DNA of 64,000 nucleotides from Macrostomum hystrix. Lineage: Eukaryota; Animalia; Platyhelminthes. Position 1 is the stretch's first letter. Every line of letters begins with the position of its first letter. The notes beneath the pieces are model-generated. The model was not told the origin of the DNA and ran no database searches. It saw only the letters and a list, made by a program, of their open reading frames with translations. Below, piece by piece: positions 36,301-46,800 of the stretch. The stretch spans positions 744,001 to 808,000 of the forward strand of contig CATNEN010000026.1 of assembly GCA_950097015.1 (NCBI GenBank). The letters are read 5' to 3'. The position numbers were made by a program, and so were the translations under genes.

Positions 36301-39300
36301 GTCTTCATATCACTCAATCAATAGCACTCAATCTCACTCACTCAGTCAATCTCATACTCTCAATCTCACCCAATCAATCTGATTGTATCAATCTCACTGT
36401 CTCAATCTCGCAGATTCATCTCACTCTATCAATCTTATTCAGAAAAAATGTCTTTATCTCTTGTTTTATCAATTTTAATCAAAGATAAAAACCGCTTTAA
36501 CTCCACAGAAAAAATTTTTTTTGGCTCCTGTCCCTAGTCTCATTTAAAAAGATTAAATATTGATTAGACAAATTGTGATTCAATATAAAATAAGATTTTA
36601 AATTGTTTAGTCTATTTTATAGAAGTGTTGAATACATCCACAACAGCTTTCATAGCATCTGTATTGTGTATTCTACGCTTTTAGCTAAAGCGAAAGTACA
36701 TTAAAGCAGTTGGTTGAAACAAAGTTTATTTTTAGCAATTCGATGCGCTTAAATTAATCGGATTTAAAAGTCAAAATTTAGCACAAAAAATTAGCAAAAA
36801 AGTGCTGGCTTAGTCCGTACCAAATAGCACTGCAACTGCAATGACTGTGATATAAACACCAAAGATCATTAATATGCATTTTATTAAGCGACACTTTAAC
36901 TAAAACATACTAACCGACACACAAATCTACTAAGTTTTGAGTAGTAATATTATACTCATTTAGAATTTTACATTTTTTCTTTGGACATAATTGGCTTAGA
37001 TGGGTTTCAGTAGAAATATGTTTTCACTGATTTCACTGGGGAGAGGAACAGAGGGTGAGAGGAACAGAGGGTGAGAGGAACAGAGGGTGAGAGGAACAGA
37101 GGGTGAGAGGAACAGAGGGTGAGAGGAACAGAGGATGAGAGTAACAGAGGGTGAGAGGAACAGAGGGTGAGAGGAACAGAGGGTGAGAGGAACAGAGGGT
37201 GAGAGGAACAGAGGGTGAGAGGAACAGAGGGTGAGAGGAACAGAGGGTGAGAGGAACAGAGGGTGAGAGGAACAGAGGGTGAGAGGAACAGAGGGTGAGA
37301 GGAACAGAGGGTGAGAGTAACAGAGGGTGAGAGGAACAGAGGGTGAGAGGAACAGAGGGTGAGAGGAACAGAGGGTGAGAGGAACAGAGGATGAGAGTAA
37401 CAGAGGGTGAGAGGAACAGAGGGTGAGAGGAACAGAGGGTGAGAGGAACAGATAGGGAGAGGAACAGGGGGTAGAGAGTTAAAAAAGAGAGAGAAAGGGT
37501 TTGACAGGGAGATGGACAGTCAAAATGCTTAAAAGTTTAATCTAGTTCCAAGCTCTAAAGAGTCTAACTAGAATGCACATATCGTCTGCTCGCGCCCGAC
37601 TTCAGCATCGACAAGGAGAAGGCGCTGGGCCTTATGCTGCACTGCGCCGATATCAGCCATCCAGGCAAACGGTGGGATCTGCATCATCGCTGGACAATGT
37701 CCCTGCTGGAGGAGTTCTTTAGACAAGTAAAGATTTAAGGAATTATTATTTATTATTATGTAGGACTAGATTTTGTAGACATATCGGGAAGCGCGATATA
37801 GTCCCATTTAAAAGGTGGGTAGTTAAAGTGAAAGGCAGATAATCTAATAATTCTAATTTCAGGAGGGCTGCGGGCAATGGCACATCATTTGGTGACACTA
37901 GACCCGCAGCCAGCGAGGAGGCAATTCTGCCCATTTCGCTGACTCCTGAGCACACACGCACACAGATACTGTACGCAGGCATACGCTCACACAGGTGTGT
38001 ACATCGGCCCTGACTTTCTCATCGTCAGGCAGTGTACACTCTCACTGTGCCTTGGAGGTTGGCCTTCAAGGGCGTAAATTGCGCGACAAGTCCCCAAGCC
38101 TTCTCTCCGCGGCTGCGCCCCAAATGAAAGTGGCCTCGCCGCGGAATCGAGCTCAGGGACCTTGGTGAGAGAGGCAAACGCGTTAATCACTCCTATGAAA
38201 GGTAGATTAGTAGAGTGAAAGAGACAATACCAAGGTAGATTGGTAGAGTGTGAAATATGAATGAGAAGAGAGACCTTCTCACCTCACCTTCGCACCTAAG
38301 GGCGATCGCGAGAAGGCCTTGGACCTGCCCTGTTCGCCTCTGTGCGATCGCAGCACGACAATGGTGGCACAGTCGCAAGTTGGTGAGCAGCCTTCGTCTC
38401 TGAACTCAACCTACTCATCTCCCTTTGTCTCCGTCTCCCTCCCTCTGTCTCCATCTCCCTCCCTCTGTCTCCCTCTCCCTCTCTCTGTCTCCATTTCCCT
38501 CCCTCTGTCTCCATCTCCCTCCCTCTATCTCCATCTCCCTCCCTCTGTCTCCATCTCCCTCCCTCTGTCTCCATCTCCCTCCCTCTGTCTCCATCTCCCT
38601 CCCTCTGTCTCCATCTCCCTCCCTCTGTCTCCATCTCCCTCCCTCTGTCTCAATCTCCCTCCCTCTGTCTCCATCTCCCTCCCTCTGTCTCCATCTCCCC
38701 CCTCTATCTCCATCTCTATCTCCATCACCCCTCTATCTCCATCTCCCCCCTCTATCTCCATCTCCCCCCTCTATCTCCATCTCCAACCGCAGGCTTCATT
38801 GACTTCATCATGGAGCCCAGCTTCTCCGTGCTCGGCGACATGCTAGAGAAGATTCTGTCGCCGCTGTTCGAACAGCAGAAGCAGTTGAATAGAAACCCGG
38901 CGGATGAGAGCGGCGGTGAGTTAATAGTAAATAATAGTTAATCGTTTGTTAATCGTAACTATACAATGGAAAGAAAACGTTAAATGTAACGATTTTTTTA
39001 AACTTACCTTAGCATTGAACCCCACTATTCTATGAAACACTGCGTTTTACTGCTTTCCTTACTGTGTCTTGATGAAAACATCTAACTTTCTCTCTGCACT
39101 CTCTCTCTATATCTATCTGCACTCTCTCTATCTGGACTGTCTCTATCTGGACTGTCTCTATCTGCACTGTCTCTATCTGCACTGTCTCTATCTGCACTGC
39201 CTCTATCTGCACTGTCTCTATCTGCACTGTCTCTATCTGGACTGTCTCTATCTGCACTGTCTCTATCTGCACTGTCTCTATCTGCACTGTCTCTATCTGC

Positions 39301-41319
39301 ACTGTCTCTATCTGCACTGTCTCTATCTGCACTGTCTCTATCTGGACTGTCTCTATCTGCACTGTCTCTATCTGCACTGTCTCTATCTGCACTGTCTCTA
39401 TCTGCACTGTCTCTATCTGCACTGTCTCTATCTGCACTGTCTCTATCTGCACTGTCTCTATCTGCACTGTCTCTATCTGCACTGTCTCTATCTGCACTGT
39501 CTCTATCTGCACTGTCTCTATCTGCACTGTCTCTATCTGCACTGTCTCTATCTGCACTGTCTCTATCTGCACTGTCTCTATCTGCACTGTCTCTATCTGC
39601 ACTGTCTCTATCTGCACTGTCTCTATCTGGACTGCCTCTATCTGGACTGTCTCTATCTGCACTGTCTCTATCTGCACTGTCTCTATCTGCTCTCTGTCTA
39701 TATGCACTCTTTATACTAGTGTATATTATCTCTCTTTTATATATTCCTACGCCAGGGCATTGTAAAGTAATTTTACGAAACAATTTTCTAACATAAAACA
39801 TAAAAATTCTGAAGTTGCCCTTTTCTCCGTACTTTTACTGCAAGCGACAACAGACTTGTCGGTCAATATTCTATTTTCTATCATGTTATCTGAAAGCCGA
39901 TTTTTTTCGCATTTTTCATCTAGCTAAAATCAGCAGGTCAATGAGGAAATGGCATGGTAAGATTATTATAACAGTTAATAAAACAATGACATGCCTCCAA
40001 TAAAACTCTCGCGTCAAGCTGGTTGGGATTTTAATTTTTCTTTTTTTCATCGCGCTTTATTTTGCTTTTGCTTGAGTTTTTTGTGTGTTTTTTACATACG
40101 TTTCTCAGCATGTTAGTCTTTCTGAAAAGCTTCATGTGCAGCTATAGAGAATTGCATAGCCACTGATTAAAGCGGAATTTCTCAACACTTAAATTGACCA
40201 GAGCAAAGGTAGTAATGATAATTGGCGACCTTGGATCACGCGTCCCTCGCGTGACAGGTTGCGTACGTTAGGTAGGAACAGAGCTGAAGGTCGCAGTTTG
40301 GGCTATTTTTAGCAACATCAGCTTCAAATAAAAGTTGTCTCTCCGAACTAGATTTTTCTTTATTAACGCGTATCTGCGATTCGGCATGCATTTTTATGAA
40401 CTTGTTTAATTTTTAGAAATTTATTTACGAGCGCAGTCGCGTTTGTTTTTATAATGAGCATAATTCGATCTACACGAGGATATTGATTGTGACTAAATTA
40501 GAAAAAGGAAGCGATCGTTGTTCTAGCATATATTCCGCAATGAGCTGTAAAATAAATACTATGTTTATCATGCACATAAAACACGCAACTGGATATTTAT
40601 TAATGAAAACTTTTTGCTTTATAAAACGCCATTCCATCAGTCAACTTATGAGTACTAAAGGTGACCTCAAGCACTGGTGTCAGTTTAAACACACATCTCG
40701 ATTTAATTCCCACGCCATTTTAGCGTTCAAAATTTCTTTCCTAATCTCAAGTGGGGATGGATTTACATAAAAAATAAAATACATAAAGGGCTTAGTGATC
40801 TTTTGATGCTAAAAATAGCTCTGCATCGGGGGCTTCCGCCAAGTGTCTTAAAAATGGTCTTTGGATGCTAAAAATAGCACCGAGTGTACGTTTATCAGCG
40901 CATAATTATCTTAAGGAGAAAATGATTGATAAAAATGTAAATTGTTTTAAGTCCGCGACCCAAACAATTTTTCAGGCGACGGCGGGTTCAGCTTGAACCG
41001 GCCCTGGAATGACATTATCAAGGAAAACCGAGCCCAGTGGAAAGCCAGAGCAGAAATCGGTGAGCAGTTTGTACTCACTCTTTGTTCTGTACTCATTTGC
41101 CTCATTCACAGGACACTTCCCACCCCCCCCCCAACGACAGAAGAGGCGGAGAAGGCCGCCAAAGCTGCCGAAGCCGGCGACGCGGCCGCCGCAGCTTCCG
41201 GTGGAGCTGCAGGATCTCGAGCGGCCGACGACAAATCTTCGACAGGGGCTGATCAGCAGCATCCGGGATCTGGCGGTGGTGGCCGGCCATTGGGCACAAT
41301 TAACGAGGACAAGCACTAG
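20480..41319 (+). CDS. PDE1: Ca2+/calmodulin-dependent 3',5'-cyclic nucleotide phosphodiesterase 1 (core, 12 exons)
   Basis: Exons 20480-20621, 24200-24313, 26363-26609, 30301-30420, 30947-31087, 33753-33979, 34445-34546, 37606-37726, 38301-38382, 38793-38915, 40976-41059, 41141-41319(TAG). All are phase-consistent AG/GT except a GC donor at 20622. PDE1-specific LESVYIDETRR and VPNEVRDWLASTFTR...KPRFRSVANAIRAGIMVERIYR. Catalytic motifs YHNLVHGADV, HDYEH, TDMS, HCADISHP, EEFFRQGD, SQVGFIDFI. Confidence 0.96.
20701..20990 (+). repeat. 53-nt tandem array carrying CACGTGAC (E-box) and AGCCAAT (CCAAT box) in each unit, about 4 copies plus a diverged copy
   Basis: Period 53 (20701 to 20754); motifs read directly. 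Confidence 0.93.
22600..22960. repeat. ctcccaaatctcccact-type pyrimidine-rich satellite
   Basis: Direct inspection. Confidence 0.93.
23745..24020. repeat. 65-nt tandem repeat, about 4 copies
   Basis: ggggctctgc recurs at 23771, 23836, 23901 and about 23965. Confidence 0.93.
24479..24740. repeat. 20-nt minisatellite (agaagtgtcacactagttac), about 13 copies
   Basis: Direct inspection. Confidence 0.96.
25335..25980. repeat. CT-rich low-complexity satellite (cccttcatttccctctct)
   Basis: Direct inspection. Confidence 0.95.
26640..30220. repeat. 20-nt satellite (gagtgactggcagtagttga), about 180 copies, 3.6 kb
   Basis: Columns align at 20-nt period; fills the PDE1 intron 26610-30300. Confidence 0.99.
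31200..32420. repeat. cagtctcacaatctca satellite
   Basis: Direct inspection. Confidence 0.97.
32746..33323. mobile_element. Non-autonomous hAT (Charlie-like) DNA transposon/MITE, 578 bp, with an internal 16-nt minisatellite
   Basis: Perfect 16-bp TIRs CAGGGGTGGGCAAACT (32746-32761) and AGTTTGCCCACCCCTG (33308-33323). 8-bp TSD CTCTATAG at 32738-32745 and 33324-33331, with central TA. Subterminal GGCCCG motifs. Confidence 0.93.
33353..33540 (-). mobile_element. SINE family 1, copy B (truncated, internally deleted)
   Basis: Reverse complement matches the central and 3' part of copies A, C and D. Confidence 0.8.
34019..34362 (+). mobile_element. tRNA-derived SINE family 2 with a five-fold tandem B box
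   Basis: A-box-like ccctagtggttatagcg; GGTTCGATTCC-type boxes at 34067, 34092, 34116, 34139 and 34163; body gcttcagttcacccggctgttaaattggtacc; (TA)n tail. Confidence 0.7.
34640..35095. repeat. 22-nt minisatellite (ctgctgcgattcctatgagatt)
   Basis: Direct inspection. Confidence 0.94.
35830..36425. repeat. atctcactgtctcagtctcactca-type satellite, related to the 31.2-kb array
   Basis: Direct inspection. Confidence 0.94.
37040..37470. repeat. 16-nt purine satellite (gagaggaacagagggt)
   Basis: Direct inspection. Confidence 0.97.
37858..38192 (-). mobile_element. SINE family 1, copy C (full length)
   Basis: Reverse complement of copies A and D over about 330 bp. Confidence 0.85.
38420..38785. repeat. 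20-nt CT satellite (ctccatctccctccctctgt)
   Basis: Fills the PDE1 intron 38383-38792. Confidence 0.96.
39110..39700. repeat. 15-nt minisatellite (ctgtctctatctgca), about 39 copies
   Basis: Direct inspection. Confidence 0.98.
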
Positions 41320-41809
41320 CCGCCGCAGCTGCTGTCCCATTATCCGATCCTGTTGCGATGTAACGACAGAATCTCCCCAGGTTTTTTTCACAGACCAATT
41401 AATTCAGCATACAACGTACATGTCATTGTTCTGTTAAATGACATGAAATTTCGTTACATGAAACGTCGATGATAAAGAACATGTCATCTCGTAGATGTCA
41501 AATTTAAGCAACCAAAGCGAGTCCCACCAACAGCGTTCCGCATACTCTTTCACCCAGACACGTCAAATTTGTTTACGAGTCGCATGTATTTCCTTTCTCC
41601 CCGCGACTTTCCTTCCTGCGTTTAGAATCGGCTACCAAAAGGCCAGTTGATTTGTTGCTATTTTTAGACAGAGGCTTCTCTAGGAAACCCCGACCAATGG
41701 GAATCTTGTGGTTTCTTGTGGTTAAGAAAAACTTTCGGCGAAAACCCCGAATAAGGAGAATTTTGTGGTTTTTTATTTATTTTAGGAAGGATTCTCGGGG
41801 AAGCCTTAA

Positions 41810-42100
41810 ACAAAGAGAGTTCAGCTTATTTTGCTATTTTTAGAAAGGATTCTATGGGAAACCACAGAAGAAAGAGAGTTCAGCTTATTTTACTATTTTT
41901 AGAAAGGATTCTCTGGGAAACCCCAGAACAAAGAGAGTTCAGCTTATTTTGCTATTTTTAGAAAGGATTCTATGGGAAACCCCAGAAGAAAGAGAGTTCA
42001 GCTTATTTTACTATTTTTAGAAAGGATTCTCTGGGAAACCCCAGAACAAAGAGAGTTCAGCTTATTTTGCTATTTTTAGAAAGGATTCTCTGGGAAACCG
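41810..42100. repeat. 59-nt tandem repeat, about 5 copies, downstream of the PDE1 stop
   Basis: cagcttatt recurs at 41822, 41881 and 41940. Confidence 0.94.
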
Positions 42101-43821
42101 GACCAAGTACTTGTAGAACCAAGTTTTAGGCTACTTTTAGAGCTCCGAAAAGTTAGCTTAGTTTAATTTTGTCCTTTGCCATCTCTCAATAAAATTTATT
42201 TCTCATCCAAAAAACAGAAAAATTAATGTACATTTCAAAATCATTCTTTAGTATAGAGTCGTGTATGATGCAGTGTGTGTGATATTTTAACCTATCTTTA
42301 TCAGCTATTGTCCCCAGTAGCATGTTACACCCAAGCAAACATTGTGACAGTTATAACTGTCTGTATAGTTCGCTATCATTTATTAATACGTAATTAGAAA
42401 AGAACTAACTAAAAGTACAGTTGCTATTTAAAAGACAGCAAAGACTATTCTAACTTTAAAACTGCCTAATAATCATGTCTAGCGACAAAACCAATGAATG
42501 TTTTTATTAATCTTTGTTACTAATTTAATAGAGACCTGGACAAAGAACAAGTCGATTGTTAACTGATTATTTCAGTCAGTTGCTCAAAGCTACTCTAGCC
42601 TCTGTTGTCACCTTAGACTAGAACAAAAAACTGAAAACTATTTCACGAAAATAAATTTCGGATTTTAAATTGCTAATCTGTTCTACTAATAGTAGAATGC
42701 TACGATTCGTGATTCTACCTGCTTGCTTGACTCAGTTTATTTTTTTATAAACTAACGGCGAATATGCGCACACACGACTCGTTTATCTTACTAATAGTAG
42801 TAAGAAAGTAAACAACAAAAACACTGCTAGAACAAATATAAACGTGCAAACTAAAAAAGTTTACGAATTACGAAAAATGCTCTAAACTGTGTGCCGTTTC
42901 TAAGAGGAGAGCGAAATAAAAACATACTATTTTAACAAAACGGAGATCGCTCTATCTAAGTTTATCACACACAGAAGCGAACTGATCACAGAGGGCTACG
43001 TAAGTTACACACCAGCTATAAAAATGCTAATAGTGATGTAACAAACAAGCAAACAAACATTGTGTCAAATATGTCTTTGAATAGAGTTGTCCATGATATT
43101 CTACAGAGTCATGAGCGTGCTACCGATAGACTAAGGGTGTGCTGGAAAAGAATATTTGTCCCGATAGATTAAGCGTGTGCTCAAACTGAAAATTTTCCCA
43201 ATGAACCAAGGGTGTGCTCAAAATGGAAAAAGTTTCCCTATAGACACTAAAGGTTGTGCTCAAAATGGAAATTTATTCCGGAATTTGAAAACATATTTAT
43301 AACAATATTATTAGTGTTAACTAGATCAAAGAAAAGAAAAAAATAACAGAAACAAATGTACAAAATACAAGAAAGAAGGTAAAAAGTGTGCACTCGTGGC
43401 AGAAGCAAAAACAAGAAGAGCAGAAAAGGGCAGCACGGCAGACTCTAAATGAAATCTAATATCCGTCTACGTTAAACATAAAAGTACAGTTATCAGTTTA
43501 GGGCACTAATAGTTAGAAAATAACTTTGTCTCAATTTCGTTAACTTTAAAGCGTTAAACTAAACTAAAAAAGACGCCAAACACACTGATAACTATAATCT
43601 AGGTGTGACTCACTAACATACTGTTTTACTAGAACAAAAGATTTACCCGGGAAGCAGAAAAAAGCACAAGGTTTGTGCAACCCAATCGATTCCCAATATT
43701 GCTCTCAAGCTAAATCTAAAAGCCAGCATTAGCAAGCTATTTCTATGAAAATCATTGAAATTTATAATTATCAGAGCAGTTTAGTTGCCATGGCAACCGG
43801 GGATGCATAGCAACACCGTCC

Positions 43822-46800
43822 TCAGGCCATAGCGGCGATGGCGGCCGCTCCTTTGCCGCTGCCGTCCTCAGATAGGCGCAGCATGAACTGAAAATGCGAA
43901 TTCAATTCATGCCACATACTAGATCTGCTACTTATAGTAGCTTAAGGGGGTGAGCGGCAGAGTGCTTAACGCGTTTGCGCCAAGGTCCCTGAGCTCGATT
44001 CCGCGGCGAGGCCACATTCATTTGGGGCGCAGCCGCGGAGAGAAGGCTTGGGGGCTTGTCGTGCAATTTACGCCCTTGAGGGCCAACCTCCAAGGCACAG
44101 TGAGAGTGTACACTGCCTGACGATGAGAAAGTCAGGGCCGATGTACACACCTGTGTGAGCATATGCTTGCGTACAGTATCTGTGTGCGTGTGTGCTCAGG
44201 AGTCAGCGGAATGGGCAGAATTGCCTCCTCGCTGGCTGCGGGTATAGTGTCACCAATTGATGTGCCATTGCCCGCAGCCCTCCTGCAAATATTAGTATTA
44301 TTATTACAGTACCTTAATGAGCAACAGGCCATTTTTATCATATTTCTGCTGAAATTTTTTCCTTTCTCTACTGGAATCTTCTACCCTCTCTACTCGAATT
44401 TTCTCCCCTCTCTACTGGAATCTTCTCCCCTCTCTACTGGAATCTTCTACCCACTTTACTGAAATTTTTTCCTTTCTCTACTGGAATCTTCTATCCTCTC
44501 TACTCGAATTTTCTCCCCTCTCTACTGGAATCTTCTCCCCTCTCTACTGGAATCTTCTCCCCCTCTACTGGAATCTTCTCCCCTCTCTACTGGAATCTTC
44601 TACCCACTTTACTGGAATCTTCTCCCCCTCTACTGGAATCTTCTCCCCTCTCTACTGGAATCTTCTCCCCTCTCTACCGGAATCTTCTCCCCTCTCTACT
44701 GGAATCTTCTCCCCTCTCTACTGGAATCTTCTCCCCCTCTACTGGAATCTTCTCCCCTCTCTACTGGAATCTTCTACCCACTTTACTGGAATTTTCTTCC
44801 CTCTCTACTGAAATCTTCTATCCTCTCTACTCGAATTTTCTCCCCTCTCTACTGGAATCTTCTCCCCTCTCTACTGGAATCTTTTCCCCTCCCTACTGGA
44901 ATCTTCTCCCCTCTCTACTGGAATCTTCTCCCCTCTCTACTGGAATCTTTTCCCCTTTCTACTGGAATCTTCTCCCCTCTCTACTGGAATCTTCTCCCCT
45001 CTCTACCAGAAAGCTCTCCCCTCTCCGCAGCAATTCTCTGTTTCTCTGTCTCACCCTAGCATCCGGGTGCAGCTCGTTGATCTTGTCAATCATTCGCTGA
45101 GGAAAATGCGGATGAAATTTAAACAACGAGCCGTCAATGCCGACTGTAACTTCGTTGGGCGAAGCGATCCGTTTCAATAGGCAGGATATGCCAGTTGCCA
45201 CTAAATAGGCTGAGCGGGTTGACACGGCCTCGCACAGACTGCGCACCATCATCATATCCAACGGCCTGACGAGCTGGAGGCCCAAGTCAACAGTCAGCAG
45301 GCTGTCAGTACTATAATAGTGCCTAGGCGGGTCCCGCTCCACTTCGCTCAGATATTTGGTGTGAAAGCTCATCGGTTGGCGCAGAGCGTCCGGCATCCGG
45401 CCGTCAAATAGTACACCGTCCGACACCAGCTGCTGAATGCCCAGGCGAACCAGTTCGCCCAGATACATGCCGGAAACAAGCTTCTCGAATGTCTGGAAAA
45501 ATTAAGTCGAGGGTTAAGCGAAAACAAGAGACAAGAGAAATACATTAAAGAACAAGAAGCTTAGCTGTTTGCACAACGCTCAGGTTGCACAGGTGTGATA
45601 GAAAAATACTTGATTTCAATGTTGATACTTGATTTCATCTTTCTTCTCGAAAACTCGAGACCTTTTTAAGCATATTGCTTTTGTGTAATTAGAAGCCGAA
45701 GCCTTATATGGTGTGTAAATTGGTCATTGTATGGTGTGTAAATTGGTCATTGTACGGTGTGTAAATTGGTCATTGTATGGTGTGTAAATTGGTCATTGTA
45801 TGGTGTGTAAATTGGTCATTGTACGGTGTGTAAATTGGTCATTGTACGGTGTGTAAATTGGTCATTGTACGGTGTGTAAATTGGTCATTGTACGGTGTGT
45901 AAATTGGTCATTGTATGGTGTGTAAATTGGTCATTGTACGGTGTGTAAATTGGTCATTGTATGGTGTGTAAATTGGTCATTGTACGGTGTGTAAATTGGT
46001 CATTGTATGGTGTGTAAATTGGTCATTGTATGGTGTGTAAATTGGTCATTGTATGGTGTGTAAATTGGTCATTGTACGGTGTGTAAATTGGTCATTGTAT
46101 GGTGTGTAAATTGGTCATTGTATGGTGTGTAAATTGGTCATTGTACGGTGTGTAAATTGGTCATTGTACGGTGTGTAAATTGGTCATTGTACGGTGTGTA
46201 AATTGGTCATTGTACGGTGTGTAAATTGGTCATTGTATGGTGTGTAAATTGGTCATTGTACGGTGTGTAAATTGGTCATTGTATGGTGTGTAAATTGGTC
46301 ATTGTATGGTGTGTAAATTGGTCATTGTACGGTGTGTAAATTGGTCATTGTATGGTGTGTAAATTGGTCATTGTATGGTGTGTAAATTGGTCATTGTACG
46401 GTGTGTAAATTGGTCATTGTACGGTGTGTAAATTAATCATTGTACGGTGTGTAAATTGGTCATTGTACGGTGTGTAAATTGGTCATTGTATGGTGTGTAA
46501 ATTGGTCATTGTATGGTGTGTAAATTGGTCATTGTATGGTGTGTAAATTGGTCATTGTACGGTGTGTAAATTGGTCATTGTACGGTGTGTAAATTGGTCA
46601 TTGTATGGTGTGTAAATTGGTCATTGTACGGTGTGTAAATTGGTCATTGTACGGTGTGCAAATTGGTCATTGTACGATGTGTAAATTGGTCATTGTACGG
46701 TGTGCAAATTGGTCATTGTATGGTGTGTAAATTGGTCATTGTATGGTGTGTAAATTGGTCATTGTATGGTGTGTAAATTGGTCATTGTATGGTGTGTAAA

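Noticed and set aside
44117-44130. Hammerhead-like CTGACGA...GAAA in the SINE
   Set aside because: Only 3 nt lie between the boxes, there is no stem III with NUH after GAAA, and the CTGAC pairs with the downstream GTCAG in a plain hairpin.
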